NCBI GenBank assembly: GCA_030704615.1
Contig: CM060734.1
Location: forward strand, 19,220,001 to 19,284,000
Source of the DNA: Takakia lepidozioides
Taxonomy: Eukaryota > Plantae > Bryophyta
Reading direction: 5' to 3'
DNA: 64,000 nucleotides
This document shows positions 1-12,320 of this stretch, piece after piece. Within the stretch, counting starts at the first letter, position 1; every line of letters begins with the position of its first letter. The position numbers and the translations under genes are program-made. The notes under the pieces were generated by a model, which was given only the letters and a program-made list of their open reading frames with translations, was not told the origin of the DNA and did no database searches.

Positions 1-68
1 ATGGTGATTTAAGCTTAGAAGCTTGAATCTTTCCTTTCTTCTGCAACCATAGAACCAAATCCCCCGTC

Positions 69-2610
69 TTAAAAGTCTTTAAAAGTCTTGCCTTCATCAA
101 ACTGTTCCTTTCGCTTCATCTGAATTCTGGTCATATTATCAGCTGCATCAGCACGTACTTCTTCCACATGGTATAATTCATGTTTCCTGACCTTGATGGA
201 GTCTTGCAATTCCATTCTCTTTCCCCACTCCGTTCTCATGGTAGGTAACAGGAATTCCACTGGAAGTAAGGCTTCCATACCATAAACCAATTGGAATGGT
301 GTATACTTAGTGGTGACTTTATATGAAGTCCTGTATGACCACAAAGCTGTCAGCAGCTTTGTATCCCAATCCGTTCTGTTTGCATTGACTATCTTAGCCA
401 AGATAGTACATAGTATTTTGTTGGTAGCCTCTGCCTGCCCATTACCCTGTGGGTAATATGTTGTACTCTTTCTATGCACAATCATAAACTCTTTAGTCAA
501 CAACTCAATGGTCTCATTCATGAAGTGACTTCCCTGATCACTGATAAATTCTAAGGGACAGCCAAATCGTGTAAGTATGTTCTCGTACAGGAACCTTGCT
601 GTGGACTTGGCTGTGTTGTCCCTCAAAGCTTTAGCTTCCACCCACTTTGTAGTATAATCAGTGGCTGTAATTATGTACCTGTTTCGTGTATTCTTGGATG
701 GTGGGTTAATTGGTCCAACAAAGTCTAGTCCCCATTTCTGAAATGGTTCCGTAGGCATTGTAGGATGCAAGGCCATCCTTCCAGATCTCTGCAAAGGTCC
801 TAGCCTCTGACATTCATCACACTTCTGACAATACTCGTGTACATCTTTGAACAAAGTAGGCCACCAGTATCCTACGAGTAGTATCTTTCTACTGGTAGTC
901 TCTTCTCCAAAATGACCTCCAGCCACTCCTTTATGAACTTCCGCCAAAACTTTATTTACTTCATGGTGGTACAAGCATCGTTTTAGTACTCCATCAGGTC
1001 CTAACTTATACATTCTGCTTCCTACCATAGTATAAGGTAAAGCTTTGATAGCGATTCTCTTCCTCTGCTCCTTACCATAACTAGGTGGGCACTGACCATG
1101 AGCAAGGTAGTATCTGATTGGCCACTGCCAATCTAACCAGTCATCTGCACTTCCCTGCACCTCCACTGCAAAGAGACTCGCATCTGGTAATTGATCATCT
1201 ATTCCTGTGGCTGGTTCTCCTGTTGACAATCGTGACAAATGATCCGCCACAAGATGCAGTCTCCCAGGCTTGTAAACAACCTCGAACTCAAACTCGTGCA
1301 AGATTATCAACCATCTTGCTATTCTTCCGCTTATCAGAGGTTTGTTTACCAGGTATATCAGAGCCTGGTGATCCACATAGAACATAAACTTCTTGCCCAA
1401 CAGGTAATGCCTGAATTTCTTCACTGCATAGATCATTGCCAATGCTTCTCTTTCCGTTGTGCTATAGTTCCTCTCAGCACTGTTCATCAACCGGCTAGCA
1501 TAGTACACAGGTGAATCTATATTCCCTGTAACATTCTGGGCTAACACCGCTCCCAACGCTTCTCCTGATGCATCGCAGTGAACATGGAATACTACATGCC
1601 AGTGAGGGTTAATCAGCACAGGTGTAGTTGTTACTGACAGTGTAAGTTCCTCAAATGCCTGTTGACATTCAGCTGTCCAGGCAAACACTGCATCTTTTTT
1701 CAGTAGTTTTCTCAATGGTGCTGCTATTTGTGCATACCTTTTGACAAATCTCCTGTAATAACTGGTTTGCCCAAGGAATCTCCGTAGACTTTTAACATTC
1801 ACTGGTGGTGGAGAGGCTTTAATGGACTCTGTCTTTCTGGGATCCACAAGGAGTCCCTTCTTACACACAATGTGTCCCAGAAGCACCCCTGAGTTCACAC
1901 AGAAAGTACACTTCTCTGGATTCAGGCCCAGACCTCTCATCCTGCATCTGGCCAAACATAACTCCAATTTATGCAAGTGCTCACTCTTAGAGCTGTACAC
2001 ACTGAAATCATCCAGATACTCATGAAAAGATTCACTTATCACTCTCTGAAAAGGGCATGACTTTGTATGCATAAGCCCCCCAGTCTGTGATGAAAGCTGT
2101 TTTCCCTTGGTCTTCTTTTGTCACTTGCACTTGATTATAACCACTGAAGCCATCCATGAATGAGTACATCTCATGGCCTGCCACAGTGTCTAATACTGCT
2201 TCTGTGAATTGCAAAGGGAAAGGATCTTTCTTCGTACAAGCATTCAGCTTCTTATAGTTCACACATACTCTTAGTTTGCCATTCTTCTTGGGAACTATAA
2301 CAATGGGTGACAACCAAGTTGTATACTCTATTGGGTATATAAACTTAGCCTCAGCCAACTTCTTTATCTCTTCTCCAACCTTCTGTGCGTAGTTGGGATT
2401 CATTCTATACCTCGCCTGCTTGATTGGTACTGACCCTGGTTCCAGTTCAATCTTATGCTGACAGACTTCAGGTGGTATCCCTTTTAGATCCTCATAGCTC
2501 CAAGCAAATACATCTCTGTATTTGATGAACAAGCTTTTAGCTTCTTCGAAGAATTCCGGCTCCAAATCAGCTCCTACTTTCACCATCCTCGGTTCCTCTT
2601 TAGTTCCCAC
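69..2610 (-). pseudogene. Gypsy pol: RT, RNase H, integrase (frameshifted at ~2050)
   Basis: WLSPIVIVPKKNGKLRVCV; DGFSGYNQ; YLDDF; HCDAS and NYSTTEREALA (RNase H); H..H/CDECQR zinc finger; WGLDFVGP, SDQGSHF, GNGQAE (integrase). Confidence 0.95.
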
Positions 2611-2674
2611 ATTTACTTCCTCACCTGCTCATCAGCTGTGATTGTCCAACCAGTCACCACTTCATCCTGTAAGC

Positions 2675-3316
2675 TCACAGTGGTGGTTCTTCTAGGATTT
2701 CTATTTCTCCTTCTCTTTCTTCATAGAAATGTGATGGGTAAATGCTGGTTTCCTCTTCAGTTGGTGTTGCTGTCACTACACCACAGCAGATACCTCTCAA
2801 ACAACTTAGGCTTTCCAGCCGCATCTCTGCAACCTGCTCCCACTCTGGGTGTGCAGCAAATAGGGTAGCTTCCTGCTCCTCATCCAGTCCTCCTTTCCAG
2901 TCATACTCTCTGACTCCTCGAGGTCTTCTTGTAGCAGGTAATCTACTAGATTTCTTTGTGGTAATTTGTATCTCGTGTATCCCATTATGCACGGTTAGTA
3001 ACTGAGAATTCCAGTCATGGAATACCCTGGCCTGTTTCAGCCACGGACGTCCCAATAATAAGGAGTAAGCCTCCATGACTTCATCCATTTTTAATACAGT
3101 TACTGTGATCATAAAGATCATTTTCTGTATCTGTATCTTAACTCCTCTTATTAATCCCAATGGCTGTACACTTCTTTGATCTGCCATTGTTACTGTAAAT
3201 GGGGCTGGTTTCATGTTACTTAGACCAAGCTTCTTCCTTAATTGGTCTGTCATGATATTCACTCCAGAACCACCATCTATCAGTACATCAGTTAGTTCTG
3301 TGCTTCCAATTCTCAT
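2675..3316 (-). pseudogene. Retrotransposon aspartic protease region
   Basis: VLIDGGSGVNIM and YSLLLGRPWL motifs; out of frame with both gag and RT. Confidence 0.9.
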
Positions 3317-5835
3317 TGGATTACTGGCATAGAATCATCAAAGTCCATGACTGTTTCTCGCCCTTCCGGCTTCACATTATAACTGGTCACCTTGCTATTC
3401 AGGTCTGTGTTTCCTGTCTCTTGGGCAATTCGATTGATTGCTTGATACAGCCTGTGCCTACAATAAGGTGCCACAGCTAATAGCTGTCCAATGGTAATTT
3501 CTGCTTTGGTCTGGCATATTACTTCAGCCAAAGTCTCTTCATTACTTTGCATGTCTGCATCTTCTTTTTTCCTTTCTTCCTCACTCCCTTCTTTTTCTCC
3601 ATCCGAATCAGAGGAATCTGCCACAGGAATATCAGTACTCTTTTGCATTTCCCTTATAGTATCTGCCACTTCCTTGTGCAGTTCCTTCTCATCTTTCCAA
3701 GTCTCTTCATCTTCAGGCATATCATTGCCACTTCCATTCTCATCTTCTTCCTCTTCTACTGGAGGTATTAGTTTGGCTTTACTTCTTGTTACTATCATTG
3801 TACTTACTTCTGGTACAACACATGGCCTAACCATGTGAGCTGCCACCACTGGGCCCTCATTCACAGGAGCTCTCATCTCATTCTGGTGTCTTATCCAGAA
3901 TGAACAGGCTGCCTTGCGATGTCCTGGCTGATTACAATAGTAACATAGCTCTTCACCATTGGGTCCTCGCCCTTGGTCTGTTCTTGGATTATTTCTATAA
4001 TCCTGATTCCCGGGCTGGTAATTCCCCCTTGGATTACCCTGATAGTTGCCTCTGGAATTTCCTTGGTAATTCCCTCTTGAATTACCTCTCCCTTCCATGC
4101 CATTGTTATAACCACCAGACCTACCATAGTGGTCCTGATCATTGTTTCTTCTTGGCTGGGGCTGCACCTGATGCACCCTTACTTGCCTAGGTTCTCTTGC
4201 AGCTGTCCTTCTGTTGTAGTAACAATTCTCAGTAGAATGGTTATCCATTTTACAGATAGTACAGTGTTTCTCTTTCATGTGGCATTCTGTGGTGGTATGG
4301 CCTTCATTCTGGCACTTTGCACACCATACACCCTTCCTCCAATGTGTTGCAGCCTCTGTGGCATACTTCTTCAAGATTTCTTCCAATTTTTTTTCATAGT
4401 TATCCCTCTTCAACTTCTCCTTTCTCTTACTCTTTCTTTTTAGTTCTTGCTCTTCTTCTTCATCTGACTCATCCTCAGAGTCCTCATCTTCTTTTTTCTC
4501 TCTCCTGAGCATTCCCAATTGCTCAATTCTGTTCGCAGTTTCAAATGCCTCCTCCACTGTATTATGGGGTAACATATCCACTTTCTTTTGCAACTCTGGT
4601 CTTAGTCCACTCACAAACCAAGTCTTCTGTAAACCGGGCGCTGGTACTGCAGCCAGCTTTTCATCATCAATTCCATCTTTTCCATATACTCTTCAACAGT
4701 TTCATGCTTCTTCTGCTTCAGCTGTTGTAAACTTCCATACACTTCATCCTCAGTTTTACTGTCCTGAACCTATTTCAAAATGTTGTATTCAAGCCATTCC
4801 AGGTTAGGAAATGATTATCAGGGAATCTTGCATACCATTCACTTGCTTTCTTGATAAGTGAACAAGGAAACAGTCTCATCTTGGCATCATCGCCATTCTC
4901 ATTGTTCACTATACACATGTGCTCAAATTGGCTAATGTGTACATCGGGATCCCTTTTTCCTGAATATATTGGAAAGGGTGGTTTTGCCCGTGTTGGTTGT
5001 AACGCCATCTGTGGCCCTACCTTCTGCCCACTGACAGGTGCTGGCACCCTTGCTGGTGCTGGTCCTTCAGGACCTGTTGTTTGTGGTGGATCTTCCACCA
5101 AGTGGTGGCCTTGAGCACTCCCTGCTTCTGGCCCCACGATATTCACAGTATTCCCAGCTTCAGTTGCACTACTTCCCACACTCCCTGTCCCCCCAGAGCC
5201 AGATCCAGGCAGCCCGCCTGATCCCCCTGAGCCGACACCTTCGTTGGCCTGTGATCCAAGTGCTCCACTTGATCCAGGTCCAACGGGTTGGGATGTCCTG
5301 GTTGTAGTCTCAACCTCAGCTGTTGGGTCTACTTCTTCATATTCTTCCTCTTCTAATTTCTTCTCTCTGTTTTCATCCTCCAAGTTCTGCCCTTGGGTTT
5401 CTTCTTCACTCATGTAACTCAACTGTAATGGTGTTGGAGAGTCTGAACTCTCCGTTGGCTCTGCCACATCCTCTCTCCTTCTTCACCTTCTGCTTCAGAA
5501 ACTGGAGTTCCTGCTTTTGGTGTTCCATGCCAACTCTTATCAAAGATTTCTGTCAAGTCTTTTATCCAAGGATGTACCTCAGATCTTTCACCTCGTGATT
5601 GATCTTCTTCCTGTACCAATTCCCTTAATCTTTCTTGCAAAGAAACAGAAGGAGTGGCATCCAACTCTAGTTCTTCCGGTATAGGTGATGTACTCTTTGA
5701 TCTTAATGGTGTGAGAGGTCCAGATGATTCCCCTATGTCTATTCCTCTCTCCCAAAGATATGGATAATTAGCTTTCAGATAGCTTTCTCTTTTTGCTGAA
5801 TATCTCTGTCGTCTAGCTTCTCTTTCATCACTCAT
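3313..5835 (-). pseudogene. gag of family A copy 1, split over ORFs 5419-5835, 4775-5467 and 3313-4614
   Basis: Retrotrans_gag-like FPCSLIKKASEWY; three CCHC knuckles (CAKCQNEGHTTTEC, CTICKMDNHSTENC, CYYCNQPGHRKAAC). The first two ORFs are fused in frame in copy 2. Confidence 0.88.
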
Positions 5836-5856
5836 GTCCCATGTCTTTCATTTCTT

Positions 5857-6552
5857 TTAATGTGGCAATAACCAAAACTCTCTTCTGTAATATCTCTCGT
5901 ATATGCCTGGGTTTCTTTCAAGCTTCAATGTACCCTTGGCTATACTTGAAGTCTCCGTTACCATATAACCATATGGCAAACAAGTCTGAAAAGCTGTTCT
6001 TGGTGTGAGTTTGATCCACAAAATATCCTTTGGAATCCAATTCTTTACCAGTACAAGCTCTTCATGCATATGAGTATAAACATTCACCTTTCTTTCTTCC
6101 CAGCCTTCAAACTCTACTCGTTTAATGGATAGCAATGCTATCACATAAACCAATGTTGGTAACCAACGTGCTCTTCCTCTACAGGCTACCTGATAAATCT
6201 TTATCACTCCTTTCTCCAGACCCCATTCTGGATCAGCATCATGCACTCGCTTAAGAATATTTTCTTTACAACCGTCTGGCAATTCCAAGAACCTTTGAAA
6301 GAATTGTTTGGACAATCTTTCTTCCTTCGTTCCACAGGGAATTTGATTCACTTCAAATTCTTTAATGGTCCAACCACCATGATCCCACCAGATGCCTGTC
6401 ACATCTGGTTGTTCATGTCTCAGGTCCCCAGTATGGTCGCCAAATGTCACGCGGCTTTGACTCACCCATCCCTTCGCTATTCGAGGCGGAAACTCCAAGA
6501 TAGAAGAGTTGGAAATCTCTAAGTACTCAGCCCGCGCAGAACAATCAGTCAT
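5857..6552 (-). CDS. Extra ORF upstream of gag, 231 aa, unknown function (copy 1)
   Basis: Open and of identical length in both element copies; C-terminal two thirds nearly identical. Confidence 0.7.
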   Translation of the reverse strand: MTDCSARAEYLEISNSSILEFPPRIAKGWVSQSRVTFGDHTGDLRHEQPDVTGIWWDHGGWTIKEFEVNQIPCGTKEERLSKQFFQRFLELPDGCKENILKRVHDADPEWGLEKGVIKIYQVACRGRARWLPTLVYVIALLSIKRVEFEGWEERKVNVYTHMHEELVLVKNWIPKDILWIKLTPRTAFQTCLPYGYMVTETSSIAKGTLKLERNPGIYERYYRREFWLLPH

Positions 6553-7071
6553 GACCTACAGCTAGTGTATCATGGGGGTGTTTCCTATTTGTTTCCCTTT
6601 TGGTATTCATGTTAGCTATCTTACCATTGATAATTAAGTATCAGTTTGCTTCATCAATCTATTGGATTCCATCAACTCATCCATTCATTTCACAGCTTCA
6701 CTCAGATCTCTCTACACAGTGTGATTGTATCGTAAAAGTATCCGATTATGATTTATCAGGTATCAAGCCGAAGCCATTGTGTCTCTAATCTGCTCTACAA
6801 TATCATTACAGCCTTGCATATATCAAGCATCTACTCATCATCTCTCTATCTTCACTTCCGTTCTTCATCTCGCCCGATCCCCTCTCCTCCAGACCAAGAA
6901 GTCCTCCTCCGAATGATATCCCTCAATTCCCCGTTTTTCCCTTTATCTTCCTATCCGTGGTTCTAACCGTTTCCCTCACTAACCGTCGTCTGTGAACTAA
7001 CATGTTCCCTTCGCAGGTGTTGTTCCCCACAGTCGTTCCCTGTCCTACTCTTCGTTCCCTATGATCGTGAC

Positions 7072-7322
7072 AGCTGTGTCAAGCTGTGACTGGCTGTGTG
7101 AAACTGTGACGGGCTGTGACTGGCTGTGCGACTGTGTTTGGCTGTGCCGGGCTGTGTCGGCTGTGACGACTGTGTCGGCTGTGACGACTGTGTCGGCTGT
7201 GACGACTGTGTCTGCTCTGACGACTGTGACGGGCTGTGTTGGCTGTGTCGGCTGTGACGACTGTGACGGGCTGTGTTGGCTGTGTCGGCTGTGATGACTG
7301 TGACGACTGTGACGGGCTGTGT
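7072..7322. repeat. 9-bp-based tandem array (GGCTGTGAC/GACTGTGTC) near the 5' end of family A copy 1
   Basis: Directly visible repeated ggctgtgac/ctgtgtc units. Confidence 0.95.
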
Positions 7323-7444
7323 AACCCCCCTCTACAGTGCGCTGTTGTCACCCCTAAGGCTCCTGTTGGTCTCAGTCTGTGCAAAAATTAAGGGTACCCT
7401 ACAGATCCCGTATAAGTGTCTAAGTCCCCGACAATCCTCTAATA

Positions 7445-9430
7445 GCCCCTCATTCACAGGAGCTCTCATCTCATTCTGGTGTCTGATCCAGAATGGACAG
7501 GCTGCCTTGCGATATCCGGCCTGATTACAATAGTAACACAGTTCTTCCCCATTAGGTCCTCGTCCTTGGTCTGTTCTAGGATTGTTTCTGTAATCCTGAT
7601 TCCCTGGCTGGTAATTCCCCCTTGGATTACCCTGATAGTTGCCTCTGGAATTTCCTTGGTAATTCCTTCTTGGATTACCTCTCCCTTCCATGCCATTGTT
7701 ATAACCACCAGACCTACCATAGTGGTCCTGATCACTGTTTCTTCTTGGCTGGGGCTGCACTTGATGCACCCTTACTTGCCTAGGTTCTCTTGCTGCTGTC
7801 CTTCTGTTGTAGTAACAATTCTCAGTAGAATGGTTATCCATTTTATAGATAGTACAGTGTTTCTCCTTCATGTGGCATTCTGTGGTGGTATGGCCTTCAT
7901 TCTGGCACTTTGCACACCAAACACCCTTCCTCCAATGTGTTGCAGCCTCTGTGGCATACTTCTTCAAGATTTATTCTAATTTTTTCTCTTAGCTATCCCT
8001 CTTCAACTTTTCTTTCCTCTTACTCTTCCTCTTAAGCTCTTGCTCTTCTTCCTCATCTGACTCATCCTCAGAGTCCTCATCATCCATTTTCTCTCTCATG
8101 AGCATTCCCAATTGTTCAATTCTGTTCGCTGTTTCAAATGCCTCCTCCACTGTATTATGGGGTAACATATCCATTTTCTTTTGCAACTCTGGTCTTAGTC
8201 CACTCACAAACCAAGTCTTCTGTAAACCTGGTGCTGGAACAACAGTCAGTTTTTTCATCATCAATTCCATCTTTTCCATATACTCCTCAACAGTTTCATG
8301 CTTATTTTGCTTTAACTGTTGTAAACTTTCATACACTCATCCTTTGTTTTACTTGTCCTGAACCTATTTCGGAATGTTGTATTCAAGCCATTCCAGGTTA
8401 GGAAATGATTATCAGGGAATCTTGCATACCATTCACTTGCTTTCTTTATAAGTGAACAAGGAAACAGTCTCATCTTGGCATCATCGCCATTCTCATTGTT
8501 CACAATACACATGTGCTCAAATTGGCTAATGTATACATCAGGATCCCCTTTTCCTGAATATATTGGAAAAGGTGGTTTTGCCCGTGTTGGTTGTAACGTC
8601 ATTTGTGGTGCTACCCCCTGCCCACTGACAGGTGTTGGCCCCCTTGCTGGTGCTGGTCCTTGAGGACCTGTTGTAGTTGTGATGGTACTTCCACCAAGTG
8701 CTGGCCCCTGAGCACTCCCTGCTACTAGCCCCACTATATTCACAGTATTCCCAGCTTCAGTTGCACTACTTCCCACACTCCCTGTCCCCCCAGAGCCAGA
8801 TCCAGGCTGCCCGCCTGATCCCCCTAAGCCGACACCTTCGTTGGCCTGTGATCCAAGTGCTCCACTTGATCCAGGTCCAACGGGTTGGGATGTCCTGGTT
8901 GTAGTCTCAACCTCAGCTGTTGGGTCTACTTCTTCATACTCTTCCTCTTCCAATTTCTTCTCTTCATCTTCCAAGTTCTGCCCTTGGGTTTCTTTTTCTT
9001 CACTCATGTAACTCAATTGCAATGGTGTTGGAGAGTCTGAACTCTCCGTTGGTTCTGCCACATCCTCTCCTCCTTCTTCGTCTTCCGTCTCAGAAACTGG
9101 AGTTCCTGCTTTTGGTGTTCCATGCCAACTCTTATCAAAGATTTCTATCAAATCTTTTATCCAGGGATGTACCTCAGATCTTTCACCTCGTGGTTGATCT
9201 TCATCATGTACCAATTCCCTTAATCTTTCTTGCAAAGAAAAAGAAGGAGTGGCATCCAACTCTAGTTCTTCCGGTATGGGTGATGTACTCTCTGATCTTA
9301 ATGGTGTGAGAGGTCCAGATGATTCCCCTATGTCTATTCCTCTCTCCCAAAGATATGGATAATTAGCTTTCAGATAACTTTCTTTTTTTGCTGAATATCT
9401 CTGGAGTCTAGCTTCTCTTTCATCACTCCT
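7445..9430 (-). pseudogene. gag of family A copy 2 (frameshift and stop; truncated by nested insertion)
   Basis: ORFs 8312-9259, 7989-8336 and 7332-7967 match the gag of copy 1. Confidence 0.88.
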
Positions 9431-9450
9431 GTCCCATGTCTTTCATTTCT

Positions 9451-10146
9451 TTAATGTGACAATAACCAAAACTCTCTTCTGTAGTATCTCTCGTATATGC
9501 CTGGGTTTCTTTCAAGCTTCAATGCACCCTTGGCTATACTAGAAGTCTCCGTTACCATATAACCATATGGCAAACAAGTCTGGAAAGCTGTTCTTGGTGT
9601 GAGTTTGATCCACAAAATATCCTTTGGAATCCAATTCTTTACCAGAACAAGCTCCTCATGCATATGAGTATAAACATTCACCTTCATTTCCTCCAAGCCT
9701 TCAAACTCTACTCGCTTAATGGATAGCAATGCTATCACATAAACCAGTGTTGGTAACCAACGTGCTCTTCCTCTACAGGCCACCTGATAAATCTTTATCA
9801 CTCCTTTCTCCAGACCCCACTCAGGGTCAGCATCATGCACTCTTTTAAGAATGTTTTCTTTACAACCGTCTGGCAATTCCAAGAACCTCTGAAAGAATTG
9901 TTTGGACAATCTTTCCTTCTCAGTTTCACAGGGAATTTGATTCACATCAAATTCTTTAATTCTCCGACCACCATGATCCCACCAGATGCCTGTCACATCT
10001 GGTTGTTCATGACCCAGTTCCCCAGTATGGTCGCCAAATGTCGAGCGGCTTTGACTCACCCATCCCTTCGCTATCCGAGGTGGAAACTCCAGGATATAAG
10101 AGTTGGATATCTCTAAGCGCTCAGCCTGCTCAGAACAATCAATCAT
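9451..10146 (-). CDS. Extra ORF upstream of gag, 231 aa (copy 2)
   Basis: Intact paralogue of 5857-6552. Confidence 0.7.
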   Translation of the reverse strand: MIDCSEQAERLEISNSYILEFPPRIAKGWVSQSRSTFGDHTGELGHEQPDVTGIWWDHGGRRIKEFDVNQIPCETEKERLSKQFFQRFLELPDGCKENILKRVHDADPEWGLEKGVIKIYQVACRGRARWLPTLVYVIALLSIKRVEFEGLEEMKVNVYTHMHEELVLVKNWIPKDILWIKLTPRTAFQTCLPYGYMVTETSSIAKGALKLERNPGIYERYYRREFWLLSH

Positions 10147-10661
10147 GACCTACAGCTAGTGAATCATGGTTGTGCTTCCTGTTTGTATTCCTTCGTGCCT
10201 TCATGTTCTCAATTTATCTTACTGTGGATACTCAAGCATCAGATTGCTTCAGTATCTACCAAGTTCCAATCAATCATTCATTCATTCCACAGCTTCTCTC
10301 ATGTCTCTCTACACAATATGATTGTATCGTTTAAGTATCAGATTAAGATTAATCAGGTATTAGACCAATGCCATGGTGTCCCTATTCTACCCTACTGTAT
10401 GTTTCTACAGCTTGCATCAATTAAGCCTCAATCAAGTCATCATCTCCTCTTCACTGTTTCGCTCTCCATTTTGTCTCCTCCTCCCCTCACCAAGTCGCGC
10501 TCATCCCAGAAGTGATCCCCTTCCTACTGCCGCCCTCCTAATCTACCCGCAAGCTGTTCTAACCACCTAATTAACTAACCGTCACCCCTGAAGTAACACG
10601 TTCCCTCTGCAGATGTCGTTCCCTCACAGTCGTTCCCTGTCAATGATAACTGTTCCCCATG

Positions 10662-10838
10662 TACTGTGACAGACTGTGTCAAGCTGTGCCGAGCTGTGAC
10701 TGGTTGTGTAAAGCAGTGTCGGGTTGTGACTGGCTGTGCGAAGCTGTGGCGGACTGTGTAAAGCTGTGTCGGACTGTGACGGCTGTGACTGGCTGTGCGA
10801 AGCTGTGTCAGGTTGTGTGGAGCTGTGTCGGGCTGTGT
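10662..10838. repeat. Degenerate 9-bp GCTGTG-type tandem array of family A copy 2
   Basis: Same position and motif as 7072-7322. Confidence 0.9.
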
Positions 10839-11929
10839 AACCCCCCTAAAGCCTGCTGTTGCCACCCCTAAGGCTTCTGTTGGTCTCAGTCTGCGCAAAA
10901 ATTAAGGGTACCCCATAGAACCCGTAAAAGCGTCTAAGTCCCAAGCAGCCCTCTAACACACCCCGAGTTGTGCCCAGGCCAGTTCCAAAGGAACAATGGT
11001 GGCCGGGGGTGAGGTGGAGCAGCCCAGAGAGGACGAGGTGGCCAGGCACGAGGTGCAGGCCAAGGGCAAGCTCAACATAGCCAAGGACGCGGAGGTCAGG
11101 GTGGTGACCAAGGCATGGCCAACCGGCTTCAACAGCTGGAGCAGAGGCTCGCTGCCATGGCCACAGCTCAGGTGGTACCGGCTCCAAGGCCGGATGGTCC
11201 ACCTCCTGCTCCTGAGGGAGGAGACATGGGAGGCATGGGAATCATGTGCGGGGCAACACTACCACTAGTGAGGGATGCCACTACCACTACCACTATGGGT
11301 GGGGCACCACTACCACTAGTGTCGGGCAGCACTACCACTACCACTATGAGCGGGGCAGCACTACCACTAGTGCAAGTGGAGTCAGCTGCGGCAATGACTT
11401 GAGGAGCGGCACGAGTTCCTGAGCCACGGGGTGCGAAGGTGGAGTTGGATCCATAGCGTGGGGAGGCAAGCCGTCAGGCCAGGCTTCCTCAGTCATTCAC
11501 ATTGGCGGAGACAGTGTCGACGCCGTCCATGGCACCTAGTTCTCGCCCGACTGTTACCGAGGCGGAGGTTACTATGCCATTGGGGAGAGCTACACGGGCA
11601 TCACCACTACCTAGTGTTGTCAAGGCTATGACAGCTAGTGTGCTGCTGGGGGCGGCCACAGCTGTGTGCCAGGCTCTATTGTTCTCGGCTACCATGATTG
11701 CGATGCCGGGGGTAAGACCAGCTGAGGTGTTCAGGCTGGCAGTTACACTCTGTGAGAGTGGGGAGGTTACTTCATCTTCTACGGAGATAGTGGGAGGTGT
11801 AGTGCCGGAGAGATCCCTCGGATGTGAGGGTCAAGACTGCCACGGCGGCGCAAGCTGCAGCTACCAGGTTGATGAAGCTGCCAGCTAGGCTAGCCATTGA
11901 GCGCGCCATGGTGACACCTGGAGTTGTCA

Positions 11930-12320
11930 TGTTAGACAACCAGGATGACATTTTCTGTTTGAGTGGACCGGCAAGCAAGAGGTACCGCTGCGAGTCTTGT
12001 TGGACTCTGGAGCTCAGCCATTGATGCTGGGCAGAGCTGCTATTGCAGGCTTGGGCCTACGGAGGCGGATATAGAGCCATGCCCTTTCTAGATACAGACA
12101 TCTCTGGGGGGATCAGAGCAGGCTCGGGGCATGATACGGCATGAGTTGACTATCAGACTACAGCCGGATCATCCTACAGATGGCTCAGTGATGAGAGCCA
12201 AGGCCATTGTGACAGACGCGGTCTCGTACGATGTCCTTGTTGGTAGGGCAGTGTTGTACCCCATGGGCTTCACCCTGGATTTTTGGGAGGAGTCAGCTTC
12301 CTATAGGCCTGGATGGTAGT
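11930..12320 (+). pseudogene. Aspartic protease of family B (frameshifted)
   Basis: VPLRVLLDSGAQPLMLGR at ~11982-12035; YDVLVGRAVLYPMGFTLDFWEE. Confidence 0.85.

Larger units (their letters stand above)
1..7444 (-). mobile_element. Ty3/Gypsy LTR retrotransposon, family A copy 1 (decayed; 3' end outside window)
   Basis: Minus-strand order: extra ORF, gag, PR, RT, RH, INT. The terminus ctctaata at 7437-7444 corresponds to ctctaaca (TG start) of copy 2 at 10951-10958. Several frameshifts. Confidence 0.92.
7445..10958 (-). mobile_element. Ty3/Gypsy family A copy 2, 5' part (terminus, extra ORF, gag), interrupted by copy 1
   Basis: Colinear, diverged duplicate of ~3852-7444; begins TGTTAGAG on the minus strand at 10958. 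Confidence 0.9.

Noticed and set aside
5836-5859. Stop-codon read-through from the extra ORF into gag
   Set aside because: In frame in copy 1 only, with two stops (TAA, TGA); out of frame in copy 2
7072-7322. CRISPR-like appearance of the tandem arrays (also 16184-16910 and 61043-62092)
   Set aside because: No unique spacers, no cas genes, eukaryotic TE context
7320-7444. A ~125-bp LTR (TGTTA...GGTTACA) for family A
   Set aside because: No PBS follows and the 3' LTR is outside the window, so the LTR length cannot be fixed
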